From positions 100,531-164,530 of the forward strand of contig JAEUVA010000010.1 in NCBI GenBank assembly GCA_016787045.1: 64,000 bases of DNA, read 5' to 3'. The notes beneath the pieces were generated by a model. That model saw only the letters and a program-made list of their open reading frames with translations, ran no database searches and was not told where the DNA came from. This document shows, one piece after another, positions 1 to 11,180 of the stretch; the stretch's first letter is position 1, and each line of letters begins with the position of its first letter. The DNA is from Chitinophagales bacterium. Its GTDB lineage: Bacteria; Bacteroidota; Bacteroidia; Chitinophagales; LD1. The translations under genes were made by a program, and so were the position numbers.

Positions 1-1
1 A

Positions 2-307
2 TTGAAACTACCCTTTAAACTCCCTAAGAGCGGGAAATACATTAAGTTAGATAATGATTTGAACTTCCGCTTTGATTTTAGCTACCGCGATAATATTACC
101 ATCAATCACCGGATAGACGCACAGCCGCAGATAACGCAGGGAGCACGCACTATTACTATTCAACCCAGTATAGATTACATCATCAGCAAACGGTTAAACA
201 TCCGTTTGTTCTTTGACCAAACGCGCACCATACCTAAAATTTCTACGGGCTTCCCTACCACCAACACCCGCGGTGGTGTAACGCTTCGGTTTAGCTTGGC
301 CGATTGA
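2..307 (+). CDS. 3' end of a CDS truncated by the window edge (possible outer-membrane beta-barrel protein)
   Basis: The frame is open from the window start to TGA at 305-307. Alternating polar/hydrophobic strands (NFRFDFSY, ITIQPSIDYII, LNIRLFFD, GVTLRFSL). Family not identified. Confidence 0.4.
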   Translation: MKLPFKLPKSGKYIKLDNDLNFRFDFSYRDNITINHRIDAQPQITQGARTITIQPSIDYIISKRLNIRLFFDQTRTIPKISTGFPTTNTRGGVTLRFSLAD

Positions 308-353
308 TGATTAGATTTTTTTTAATACATAAAAGGACTCAGCGAAAGTAGAG

Positions 354-2150
354 TTAGATGGCATTCTTTTTACGCAGCGTAAACATAAACACGGTACCCT
401 CGGGCAGGTTGTCTTCTATCCATATTTTGCCATCCATGCTCTCCACAATTTTGCGGCAAATAGCCAAGCCCATACCGGTGCCCGATATATCGCGGTTGCT
501 CTCTAAGCGTTGAAAAATTTCAAATACTTTCTCTCGTTGGTTAGGTGGTATGCCCGGGCCATTATCGGCAATGCCGATTTGTACATGTGTACCGGCATCT
601 TTTACAATTACATGAATAATTGGGTTGGGCTTGCGGTTATACTTAATACCATTGGCCATCAGGTTTTGAAACAATTGCAGCATTTGCGTGCGGTCGGCAT
701 CAATCTCCGGCAGTTGGTCGTAAGTAATGGTGGCGTTGCGGTCTTTTAGCAAGGCATCTAAGTTCCACTTAATTTCTTCAGCAATCATATTCAGCTTAAG
801 CGGCCGATATTTTGGGTTACTGTTTACTTTAGCTAAATTTAATATGTCTTGTATCAGTACATCCAAGCGCTTGGCACCGTCAATAGCGTAAGAAATAAAC
901 TCTTGCTGCACCGGTGTAATAGATTGTGCCATGTTTTTTTGCAGCAGAGACATGTACGAATAAATCATCCTTAGCGGTTCGCGCATATCGTGCGAGGCCA
1001 CATGAGCAAATTGTTTTAGCTCATTGTTAGATACCTCTAACTTGCGTACATACATGCTGATTTCCTCATTTTTTTGCATGAGTATCAAGCGCTCCTTTTC
1101 TTGTTGTTCGTTTTCAAACTCCTTTTTTGCACGCGCCAATGCATTTGTTTTTTCGGCATCGTATAGTTTTTTTACACCATCTAAGTGCAGTTCCATGTGG
1201 TGCAGAGCCCGCTCATGATTACTAACTTGCTTATAGTATTGCGAAAGCACCAGATGAATTTTGGTCAACTCTTGCCGGTTGTCCATTTCTGCAAAAAGCG
1301 CTTCGGCCTCGTGCATGTACTTTAAGGCCTCGGTAATTTTATTAACCGAGCCAAGCGCTTCACCTATATTTACTTTTACTAAACCCACTTCATACAACTT
1401 GTTGTTAGAAGAAAAGTACTCCAACGCCTGCTCCAGATACTCATTCGCCTCTTCATACCGCTCTACACGGATGTATAAACTGCCTACATTGGCTTTAGAT
1501 ATGGCAATACTGTATGGTTCGTTTAGCTGCAAATCTATATCTAACGATTTTTGAATATTGGCAATGGCTTTATCGTACTCTCCACGTTTTTCTAACAACC
1601 AGGTATATGCACCATAGCTTTTCGATAACTTAAACAGGTTGCCAATTTCTTCGTACAGCGCAATTGCTTTTTGCAAATACTCTTCGGCATTAATGTTTAG
1701 CTGTGTGGTAACTAAGACCAACGATAAGTTATAGTAAAAAGATGCTAAGAAACCTTTCTCTCTATTGTTTAAGTTTTGTTTGTCTTCTAACTGTTTTAAT
1801 CCATTCAGGTAACTTTCCTGAGCAGAAAATACTTCGCCCTTAAACTGGTAAGCATTGCCCATGGTCATGTAAAAAAGGTAGGCCAAATCGGCTTGTCCTT
1901 CACGCTCTAAGTTGTGCATGGTGCCTTTACACAAACCGATGGCTTCATCGTAGTCATTTTCTACCAAACACTTGTAAAAAGCCATAATGTACTGAGCTAA
2001 AGCATAGTACTGTGGGTTATGGTGTTTTATGGCTAACTCATTGATTTTCTGCGCAATAGGCAGTGCTTCAGCACTACGCCTGTTCACTAAATGTTCGGCT
2101 TTTGAAACCAAATCGTTGATGTTCTCGTACTTATTGTCCTCTGTATTCAT
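354..2150 (-). CDS. cytoplasmic TPR-repeat sensor histidine kinase
   Basis: H-box FAHVASHDMREPLR, N-box NLMANGIKY, G-boxes IADNGPGI and GTGMGLAICRKIV. The N-terminal ~350 aa are TPR-like helical repeats with no TM segment. Start moved from TTG 2174 to ATG 2150. Confidence 0.85.
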   Translation of the reverse strand: MNTEDNKYENINDLVSKAEHLVNRRSAEALPIAQKINELAIKHHNPQYYALAQYIMAFYKCLVENDYDEAIGLCKGTMHNLEREGQADLAYLFYMTMGNAYQFKGEVFSAQESYLNGLKQLEDKQNLNNREKGFLASFYYNLSLVLVTTQLNINAEEYLQKAIALYEEIGNLFKLSKSYGAYTWLLEKRGEYDKAIANIQKSLDIDLQLNEPYSIAISKANVGSLYIRVERYEEANEYLEQALEYFSSNNKLYEVGLVKVNIGEALGSVNKITEALKYMHEAEALFAEMDNRQELTKIHLVLSQYYKQVSNHERALHHMELHLDGVKKLYDAEKTNALARAKKEFENEQQEKERLILMQKNEEISMYVRKLEVSNNELKQFAHVASHDMREPLRMIYSYMSLLQKNMAQSITPVQQEFISYAIDGAKRLDVLIQDILNLAKVNSNPKYRPLKLNMIAEEIKWNLDALLKDRNATITYDQLPEIDADRTQMLQLFQNLMANGIKYNRKPNPIIHVIVKDAGTHVQIGIADNGPGIPPNQREKVFEIFQRLESNRDISGTGMGLAICRKIVESMDGKIWIEDNLPEGTVFMFTLRKKNAI

Positions 2151-2222
2151 GAAACTATGGAGACCTATTGACAAAAATTGTACCTGACCTCATCTACACC
2201 TTTCTTCAAACGTAAATTAAAC

Positions 2223-3677
<1,455 letters not shown>

Positions 3678-3701
3678 TTTTAACCGCATCATATCAAAGT
3701 C

Positions 3702-3736
3702 AAGCCAGGCCCGAGAGGTACTTGGCTTTTGTTTTT
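3702..3736 (+). terminator. rho-independent terminator candidate after the collagen-like gene
   Basis: Stem AAGCCAGG / CTTGGCTT (one G-U pair) with a loop, followed by TTTTGTTTTT. Confidence 0.5.
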
Positions 3737-3769
3737 CAAATGTAGATACCTCGCTTATTTTTACTGCCA

Positions 3770-5209
3770 ATGAGGTTATTGCCATTTTTATTGTTTCTAC
3801 AGTTTTTTACAGCTACTGCTCAAATAGTAGATATTTCTAATCCGGGCAAGTTGCCCAACAAAGCCAGTAAGTTTAAAATTATAGGCCGCAATAACGATGG
3901 CATAGTAGTGCGGCTGTTTGGTGCCGAAGATGTAATAGAAATTTATGGCGATGATTTACGGTTGGTTTCTTCTAAAACCATACAGTTTAAAAATCAGGAT
4001 GGATTGTTACAGCACATCATGCTCAATAAAACCGGAGCAGTGTTTTTTTATTTGCAGCAAGACAAAAAATACAGCATACTATATGCTCAGCCGGTTAACG
4101 CCAAGTTAGTTGAAGTAGGCAAGCCCATAGCTATTGATACCATTTTAGACCGCAAAGATTTGGTATCGCAAAACCTGCGTTTCAAACAATCTATAGACCA
4201 AAACAATCTACTGATTTACTACCCCTTTTTTGCCGGCAGCGAGGTGCAAACCATGCGCTTGCTTACCTTAGATAATGCCCTAAATCGATTAAGCCATCAT
4301 ACCATTCCGTTTTCAAAAACTGAAAAAGAAATGGAAGACAGCAAAACACTGATAGATAACAATGGCAATGGATATTTGATGGTGAAGAGTAAAGATAAAG
4401 AAGGTGCAGCCGAAAAATTTGAAGTGTACACCACCAGCGCAAACGGTAGTTTTTCTACCTATAGTTTTACTTCATCAAAGAAAATTTTTGGCGAGCACAC
4501 TTTTGAGTTTGATAACCGCAATGGCAATTTAGTGTTGTGCGCGCTATTTGACGATTCCAATAAAAAAGGCGATGAGGCAGCCAACGGATTTTTATACATG
4601 GCTATTGACCCGGCCAACGGCACGGTTGTCAAAAACAGCGAAACCTATTTTCCTAAAACATTCATTAATGAACTTACCGGCCGCGAACCCAAAGACGGAG
4701 GCAAGTTATTTACCTTCAACATCCGCAAAGCAGTTTTGCGTAACGATGGCGGTGTAATGATTTTGGCAGAGTCTTTCATCAGGGATTTGCGCGAAACTGC
4801 TGTGCCCATTGGCTTTCAGCCGGGCATGAACAGCATGGTGCGCTCAACGGTGTATCAGTTTAATGATGTGATTGGGTTCTCTATTAACAATAAGGGCGAA
4901 TTGGAGTGGTACAACATCATGCGCAAAAAACAAGTAAGCGAAGACGATAATGGCTACTACTCTTCATTTTTGACCATAAACGAAAAAGAGCAACTCCGCT
5001 TATTGTATTTAGATGAAATATCATACGATGGTACTTGTAACCAATACATACTTAAAAGCACCGGTACCAGCGAACGCTTAGTCATGTTTAATCAAGGCGA
5101 AAAAGACATCATGCTGTTACCCAAACTTGGAAAACAAATTTCTCCACGCGAAACAGTAATTCCCAGTTACCGTGGTGGCACTTTTCGGTTGGTGAAAATT
5201 ACCTTTTGA
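3770..5209 (+). CDS. hypothetical secreted protein
   Basis: 479-aa ORF with signal peptide MRLLPFLLFLQFFTATAQ. No recognisable motif. Confidence 0.6.
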   Translation: MRLLPFLLFLQFFTATAQIVDISNPGKLPNKASKFKIIGRNNDGIVVRLFGAEDVIEIYGDDLRLVSSKTIQFKNQDGLLQHIMLNKTGAVFFYLQQDKKYSILYAQPVNAKLVEVGKPIAIDTILDRKDLVSQNLRFKQSIDQNNLLIYYPFFAGSEVQTMRLLTLDNALNRLSHHTIPFSKTEKEMEDSKTLIDNNGNGYLMVKSKDKEGAAEKFEVYTTSANGSFSTYSFTSSKKIFGEHTFEFDNRNGNLVLCALFDDSNKKGDEAANGFLYMAIDPANGTVVKNSETYFPKTFINELTGREPKDGGKLFTFNIRKAVLRNDGGVMILAESFIRDLRETAVPIGFQPGMNSMVRSTVYQFNDVIGFSINNKGELEWYNIMRKKQVSEDDNGYYSSFLTINEKEQLRLLYLDEISYDGTCNQYILKSTGTSERLVMFNQGEKDIMLLPKLGKQISPRETVIPSYRGGTFRLVKITF

Positions 5210-5285
5210 TTGTTAATGAATGTTACTGTTACTTATCCCAATGTTTCTTTTCCTTGCTAAAATTGTCAGCATTTAAAACAACGAA

Positions 5286-5642
5286 ATGAAAAAAATAATA
5301 AGTGCGCTTTGTATAGTTACTTTATGTGCCATATCTTTTGCTCAGGGCGATTTTGAGTGGGATAAAAAAATAGAGAATGTGAACGCAAAAATTGAGCTAA
5401 TGGCTGATGGAGAAACCGCACTCATCATACCGGATGCCGATCCTAATATACGGTACGTAGCACAGCAACTACCTGCCGAGTTCAAAAAGAATGGGTTAAG
5501 GATTAAATTCAGCGGCATGGAGGGTAAAATACCACCACACGTGCGGATGATGGGTAAACCACTAAAACTGTTTTGGATTAGCATAACAAAAAAGGAAAAG
5601 CGGAAAAACAAGATTAAAAAAGCGAAGTATGTTTTTGAATAA
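5286..5642 (+). CDS. small hypothetical secreted protein with a Lys-rich tail
   Basis: Signal peptide MKKIISALCIVTLCAISFAQ. C-terminus KKEKRKNKIKKAKYVFE. Confidence 0.5.
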   Translation: MKKIISALCIVTLCAISFAQGDFEWDKKIENVNAKIELMADGETALIIPDADPNIRYVAQQLPAEFKKNGLRIKFSGMEGKIPPHVRMMGKPLKLFWISITKKEKRKNKIKKAKYVFE

Positions 5643-5653
5643 TAAACACACTC

Positions 5654-6562
5654 ATGAGCATTAAGATATCATCACTCACTAAAGTGTACGGTACACAAAC
5701 TGCCGTAGATCACATAACATTTGAAGCCCGTAAGGGTGAAGTGCTTGGCTTTTTAGGTCCCAATGGAGCAGGCAAAAGCACCACTATGAAAATGATTACC
5801 TGTTTTATACCACCTACCAGTGGTAAAGCAGAGGTATGCGGATATGATACGGCCACAGCCCCTCTGGAAGTAACCAAACGTATCGGCTATCTGCCCGAAA
5901 ACAACCCCTTGTATTATGATATGTACGTGCGGGAGTATCTCACCTTTATGGCTGGGCTAAACAAATTAGGAAAAATCACTAATCAACGGATAGATGAAAT
6001 GATAGAGGTGACAGGCCTCACCAACGAGCGCAAAAAGAAAGTGGGGCAACTCTCAAAAGGATATAAGCAAAGAGTAGGTTTGGCACAAGCCATGCTCCAC
6101 AACCCGGAAGTATTAATATTAGACGAGCCAACATCTGGTTTAGATCCCAATCAGTTGGTAGAAATTCGCTCACTTATTAAACAATTGGGGAAAGATAAAA
6201 CGGTAGTTTTTTCTTCACACATCATGCAAGAGGTACAGGCCGTAGCCGATAGGGTTATCATTATCAACAAAGGAAAAATTGTAGCTGACGATAGCACCAC
6301 TAATCTGCAAAATCGTATAGCCAATGAAGTGATAGTAACCGCAGCGTTTAAGCAAAATGTGGATCGTAGTTTGCTGGGTCAACTCAAAGGCATCAAAAAC
6401 TTTGAGCTAATTAATGATGGCCGCTGGACGTTTACCAGCGATGGAAAAACAGATGTGCGCGAGACTATCTTCTATTTCGCCAAAGAAAAAAACCTTACAC
6501 TGCTTCATCTTAGCAAAGAAGAATACAGCTTAGAGGAAGTGTTTAAGCAATTAACTAAGTAG
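5654..6562 (+). CDS. gldA: ABC transporter ATP-binding protein, GldA-like (gliding-motility-associated ABC ATPase)
   Basis: Walker A GPNGAGKST, signature LSKGYKQRV, Walker B VLILDEPTSGLD. The ~300-aa length and N-terminus MSIKISSLTKVYG...GFLGPNGAGKSTTMK resemble GldA as I recall it. Confidence 0.55.
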   Translation: MSIKISSLTKVYGTQTAVDHITFEARKGEVLGFLGPNGAGKSTTMKMITCFIPPTSGKAEVCGYDTATAPLEVTKRIGYLPENNPLYYDMYVREYLTFMAGLNKLGKITNQRIDEMIEVTGLTNERKKKVGQLSKGYKQRVGLAQAMLHNPEVLILDEPTSGLDPNQLVEIRSLIKQLGKDKTVVFSSHIMQEVQAVADRVIIINKGKIVADDSTTNLQNRIANEVIVTAAFKQNVDRSLLGQLKGIKNFELINDGRWTFTSDGKTDVRETIFYFAKEKNLTLLHLSKEEYSLEEVFKQLTK

Positions 6563-6661
6563 ATTTGCTCAACAACCGAGTATTTTCCCTGCCATACATA
6601 GAATAGAGAGCACAATAATTCTTGCCATTGCTGCTCCACAATTCCTTGTTATTCTTGCAGC

Positions 6662-7174
6662 ATGGCACTTCTTCTCCCTGTTAATGGTGTATCACCAAAA
6701 TTCGGGCACAATTTTTTTGCAGCCGATAACGCCACCATTGTGGGCGATGCGCAGTTTGGTGATGATTGTAGCGTTTGGTTTCAGGCAGTAGTACGAGGAG
6801 ATGTACATTACATACGTATAGGAAATAAAGTAAATGTACAAGATGGAGCAATTTTGCATTGCACTTACCAGAAAGCTCCCTTAAACATTGGTAATAATGT
6901 GAGCATAGGCCATCGTGCTATTGTGCATGGGTGCACTATTCAAGATAATGTATTAATAGGCATGGGAGCTATAGTGATGGATCATGCAGTAATTGGTGAA
7001 AACAGCATCATTGCTGCGGGTGCAGTGGTATTAGAAAATACTATAGTAGAACCGGGCAGTATTTATGCCGGCACACCGGCTAGAAAGGTAAAAGAAGTGA
7101 ATCAAGAAAATTTTAAAAACCTGATTGAACGCATTGGTAATAATTATGTGATGTATGCGGGTTGGTTTAGATAA
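6662..7174 (+). CDS. gamma-carbonic-anhydrase-like / hexapeptide-repeat (left-handed beta-helix) protein
   Basis: 170 aa with imperfect hexapeptide repeats (IGNKVNVQDGAILH, IGNNVSIGHRAIVHG, IQDNVLIGMGAIVMD, IGENSIIAAGAVV). The size is typical of the YrdA/PaaY family. Confidence 0.75.
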   Translation: MALLLPVNGVSPKFGHNFFAADNATIVGDAQFGDDCSVWFQAVVRGDVHYIRIGNKVNVQDGAILHCTYQKAPLNIGNNVSIGHRAIVHGCTIQDNVLIGMGAIVMDHAVIGENSIIAAGAVVLENTIVEPGSIYAGTPARKVKEVNQENFKNLIERIGNNYVMYAGWFR

Positions 7175-7261
7175 TATCAAAATTCAAAGTACAAATATCA
7201 AAATGAATACTATCAACATTGCCGCAGTAACTTTGAACTTTGATTTTTGAACATTTACAAT

Positions 7262-7780
7262 ATGGAAGAAAAAGTAGTGCTCGTAAACGAGCAAAACGAA
7301 GAGCTGGGGTTGATGGGTAAGCTAGAGGCACATGAAAAGGGCTTGCTGCACCGTGCTATTAGTGTAATCATTTTTAATAGCAAAGGTGAACAGTTAGTGC
7401 AACAACGCGCTTTTACTAAGTATCATTGGGCGGGTATCTGGAGTAATACGTGTTGCTCGCACCCGCGAGCCGGTGAGTCGTTTCTTCAGGCAGCAGAGCG
7501 AAGATTATACGAGGAGTTAGGAATTCGCATTACGTTAACAGAGCAGTTTCATTTTATTTACAGAGCCAAGGACGAAGTAAGCGGGCTTACCGAGCATGAG
7601 TTAGACTATGTTTTTACCGGCACTTACGATGGCCTGGTTAAGTGGAATACAGATGAAGTAAACAACATCCGCTGGATGGGCACAGCGAAAGTTTTGAAAG
7701 AGATTGATGAAAAACCCAGCGACTATTCTTTCTGGTTCAAAATTATCCTTCGTGAAATGAAGAAGCGTAACCTTATTTGA
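7262..7780 (+). CDS. idi: isopentenyl-diphosphate delta-isomerase, type 1 (Nudix fold)
   Basis: GLLHRAISVIIFNSKGEQLVQQRA...WAGIWSNTCCSHPRAGE carries the catalytic Cys motif, and EHELDYVF follows. Start moved from TTG 7247 to ATG 7262. Confidence 0.8.
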   Translation: MEEKVVLVNEQNEELGLMGKLEAHEKGLLHRAISVIIFNSKGEQLVQQRAFTKYHWAGIWSNTCCSHPRAGESFLQAAERRLYEELGIRITLTEQFHFIYRAKDEVSGLTEHELDYVFTGTYDGLVKWNTDEVNNIRWMGTAKVLKEIDEKPSDYSFWFKIILREMKKRNLI

Positions 7781-7784
7781 CGAT

Positions 7785-8420
7785 ATGCAATTTTTACCAG
7801 ATATTATAGAACATTATATTGCCGAGCAATCATCGCCAGAAGACGATGTGTTGCGCTCACTTAGTAGAGAGACACATCTTAAAATTCAAATGCCGCAAAT
7901 GCTCAGCGGCCATTTGCAAGGTATGATGCTGGAAACATTTAGCCGCATGATGAGGCCAAAACGAATTTTAGAAATTGGCACTTTTACCGGTTATTCCGCC
8001 ATTTGCCTTAGCAAAGGATTAGCAGAGGGCGGGCTGCTACATACAATTGATGTAAACGAGGAGTTAAAGGATTTTTGTGCGAAATATTTTGAAAAAGCAG
8101 GAGTAGAGAAGCACATCAAGCACCATATTGGCAAAGCAGCCGACATTATTCCATCGCTCAACGAAACATTCGATTTGGTTTTTATAGATGCCGATAAGCA
8201 AAACTACTCCTTATACTACGATTTGGCTTTTGATAAAGTGCGCAAAGGCGGCTACATCATTGCCGACAATGTACTTTGGAGTGGCAAAGTAGTACAAGAA
8301 CAAAAAGATAAAGACACGGCTGCTATACATGCATACAACGAAAAGGTAAAAAATGATAGCCGCGTAAGCAATTTTATTTTGCCACTGCGCGATGGTTTGC
8401 ACATTGCTGTCAAGTTGTAA
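7785..8420 (+). CDS. class I SAM-dependent O-methyltransferase (caffeoyl-CoA O-methyltransferase family)
   Basis: SAM motif ILEIGTFTGYSAI, and FDLVFIDADKQNY, which is typical of the family. Confidence 0.75.
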   Translation: MQFLPDIIEHYIAEQSSPEDDVLRSLSRETHLKIQMPQMLSGHLQGMMLETFSRMMRPKRILEIGTFTGYSAICLSKGLAEGGLLHTIDVNEELKDFCAKYFEKAGVEKHIKHHIGKAADIIPSLNETFDLVFIDADKQNYSLYYDLAFDKVRKGGYIIADNVLWSGKVVQEQKDKDTAAIHAYNEKVKNDSRVSNFILPLRDGLHIAVKL

Positions 8421-8463
8421 TCTATCGGTACGGCACACATTCGGAACAATAAATCAAATACAC

Positions 8464-10518
8464 ATGAAGCACTTCCTCATTGTTGTACTCGTAGCTGCCA
8501 CCACACAAACCCTAATTGCACAACACCAAATGTGCGGTACAGATGAATTGTCATACAAGATGTATCGCGATTTTCCGGAGTTGCGCAGCGTTATGGAAAA
8601 CAACCGCGCATACTTGCACCAATTCACCAGCGAATATACAGCAGCAGCGAAACTACGCGGTGGTAACGATTCACTTTACAGCATCCCAGTGGTGTTTCAT
8701 GTCATACACATGTACGGTGCCGAAAATGTAAGCGATGAACAAATTATGAGCGGACTATATGTATTAAACCGCAATTTTGCACTACAACATCCCGATACCG
8801 GAAGTATAGTTGCTGACTTTAAGCCGATAGCGGCAAATTGCGATATAGAATTTCGGCTGGCACACAAAGACCCAGACGGAAATTGTACCAGTGGCATAAA
8901 TCGGATTGCCTCCACGCTAACTAAGGTTGGCGACCATACCGTAAAAAATTTAATCCATTGGGATCCTACAAAATACCTGAACGTATATGTAGTAAAGAGT
9001 ATTGCTAACCTTGCCGGTCATTGCCTAATGCCCGATCAGGCAGCTGCTAAGCCCGAGTGGGATGGAATAGTGATTGATGATAGTTATTTAGGCAACATTG
9101 GCACTAGTACAGAAAGTTCATCTGTAGTGATGGCTCACGAAGCCGGGCACTACTTAAATTTATTTCATATATGGGGCGGCAATAATGTGCCCGGATATTT
9201 CTATCAACCGGTAGGGCAGGCAGGTAACTGTGCCATAGGAGATGGCGTGCAAGACACCCCCGAAACCATTGGCTGGAGTAACTGTAACTTGAACAATACG
9301 TCTTGTGGTAACACCGTAGATAATGTGCAAAATGCTATGGATTACAGCTACTGCAACTGGATGTTTACGCAAGGTCAGCGCCAACGGATGAGAGCAGCAC
9401 TCAACTCTCCGGTTGCAGGTAGAAATAACCTGATAACTCTTGCCAATCACTCTGCCACGGGTATTAGCATGACATCTGTATGCAAAGCAGATTTTGTGAT
9501 GAACAAAAACATTGTTTGTGCATTTGACACGGTATGGTTTTCGGATAAATCTATTGGCCCCGCTACTACATGGCTTTGGAATTTTGGCGATGGACAAACC
9601 GCTACACAGCAAAATCCCTTTCATGTTTATGATGCAGCAGGCGATTATTTTGTAAACCTCACAGCCGGTAATGCCAATGGTTCACTAACAAGTGTTAGCC
9701 AAATGATACGGATAAATGGCGATGGGGTATATCCGTTTTTTGTGCAAGATTTTGAAAACATAAATAGTATGAGCAATTCCGGACTTGTTAGCACAAACGA
9801 CAATACGACTCTTAATTTTGAACTAAGTAATACAAATCAAGGGTATAACAGTAACCGATCTGCTGTATTACGCATGAACGATACCACAGCTGCATATAGC
9901 GGGAAAACTATTCTTGCTGCATCGGCTATTGACTTACAAGGCACCGGCCTGCCTAGTTTTAGTTTCAAATATGCTTGCAGTCAAAAGAAGTTGAATGTTG
10001 ATGATGTGCTGGAAGTATTTATCAGCACAGATTGCGGCAAAACCTGGCAAAGCAAAGGAAAGCGCACAGGAGCCAATTTACGCACAGCAAATGCAGCACA
10101 AGTTAGCAGCAGTTGGGCGCCTACCGATAGTACAGAGTGGAAAACCTATTCCTTTCAACTTACCACACAGCAAGCGGTGAGCAGGTTTATGTTTCGCATA
10201 GAGTACACCAACTACTATGGCAATACGTTATATATAGACAACATCAATTTGAATGAAAGTGCTTATACTGCATTAGAAGATGCCAAACAAGCGAGCAGCA
10301 TAGATGTAATTCCTAATCCTACACAAGAGAAAGTTTTAGTTAATGGCGTTAAGGGTATCACAAAATACACTCTAACAGATTGCAATGGAATATTTATTGC
10401 ACGAGGTCAATGTACTAATGACTTAGAGTTGGATTTTTCTCCGATGCCAGCAGGAGTTTACTTGCTGCACATGCAAACTGATTTCAGCAACCAAGTGCAC
10501 AAGATTGTGAAGTTTTAA
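8464..10518 (+). CDS. secreted zinc metalloprotease (M43 pappalysin/cytophagalysin-like) with a PKD-like domain and T9SS C-terminal sorting domain
   Basis: Signal peptide MKHFLIVVLVAATTQTLIAQ. Zinc motif HEAGHYLNLFH. PKD-like WLWNFGDGQTATQQNPFHVY. C-terminal IPNPTQEKVLV...GVYLLHMQTD...HKIVKF. Start moved to ATG 8464. Confidence 0.8.
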   Translation: MKHFLIVVLVAATTQTLIAQHQMCGTDELSYKMYRDFPELRSVMENNRAYLHQFTSEYTAAAKLRGGNDSLYSIPVVFHVIHMYGAENVSDEQIMSGLYVLNRNFALQHPDTGSIVADFKPIAANCDIEFRLAHKDPDGNCTSGINRIASTLTKVGDHTVKNLIHWDPTKYLNVYVVKSIANLAGHCLMPDQAAAKPEWDGIVIDDSYLGNIGTSTESSSVVMAHEAGHYLNLFHIWGGNNVPGYFYQPVGQAGNCAIGDGVQDTPETIGWSNCNLNNTSCGNTVDNVQNAMDYSYCNWMFTQGQRQRMRAALNSPVAGRNNLITLANHSATGISMTSVCKADFVMNKNIVCAFDTVWFSDKSIGPATTWLWNFGDGQTATQQNPFHVYDAAGDYFVNLTAGNANGSLTSVSQMIRINGDGVYPFFVQDFENINSMSNSGLVSTNDNTTLNFELSNTNQGYNSNRSAVLRMNDTTAAYSGKTILAASAIDLQGTGLPSFSFKYACSQKKLNVDDVLEVFISTDCGKTWQSKGKRTGANLRTANAAQVSSSWAPTDSTEWKTYSFQLTTQQAVSRFMFRIEYTNYYGNTLYIDNINLNESAYTALEDAKQASSIDVIPNPTQEKVLVNGVKGITKYTLTDCNGIFIARGQCTNDLELDFSPMPAGVYLLHMQTDFSNQVHKIVKF

Positions 10519-10551
10519 TGTATCTCAGGTAGATTTTTCTATCTGTTACAA

Positions 10552-10961
10552 TCAATTTTTTACTAGCCCAACTCCCGTTACAATCAACGCCACCGCCAGC
10601 ACTGCCACACCGATATAAAGTATGGCTATCAAAGAAGTTGGTTGTGTAATTCCTTTGCCTGCTGCAGCAGCAAAAAATCCGGCACTAATTAAAATAGCAG
10701 CTAACGGAAAACCAACGCGCGCTACCCATTTCATGGTTTCAGAAATGGCAGCATGGTCAATTAAAAGTTGAGCTATGAGCGCCAGCAACACCAACACACC
10801 TGCATGGGCATGACCGGCACGAAACATACTGCGTTGAAATTCGGTGAGTTCTAAATTGCGGGCATACCGCTTAGCAGTTGTAACAAAAAGTAACCCCCAT
10901 ACTGAATGGTAGGCACAGTGAGCAAAATAATGCCCGACATGAGTTTAGATGAAGCTGTCAT
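10552..10961 (-). pseudogene. small multi-pass membrane protein gene, possibly interrupted by a frameshift
   Basis: ATG 10961 opens a 36-codon frame (MTASSKLMSGIILLTVPTIQYGGYFLLQLLSGMPAI) that stops at 10851-10853. A second frame is open from about 10944 and continues ...ARNLELTEFQRSMFRAGHAHAGVLV... to 10552, with no start codon before ATG 10827. Confidence 0.35.
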
Positions 10962-11131
10962 GATGTTTGAATTGTAGTGTTGTGTAATTGTACATGTACT
11001 TGCGCTTTTTTTTTGATACAAAAGTGCTTGGTGAGCAGAGCTGAGTGTTATTGCAAATGCGCAAAAGATTTGCGGAAATGCGCAAAGTCAAACTTTCTGA
11101 AAAGATGAAATTCAATAACTATACGATTTTA

Positions 11132-11175
11132 AACTTGGCTATATCTATACTTTTTAACCCACTTATAGCCAAGTT
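11132..11175. repeat. 44-nt hairpin element 5 nt downstream of the ATPase stop codon (inverted copy of 12605-12648)
   Basis: 12-bp stem AACTTGGCTATA / TATAGCCAAGTT with a 20-nt loop TCTATACTTTTTAACCCACT. It matches the reverse complement of 12605-12648 at 39/44 positions. Confidence 0.85.
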
Positions 11176-11180
11176 GAAAG

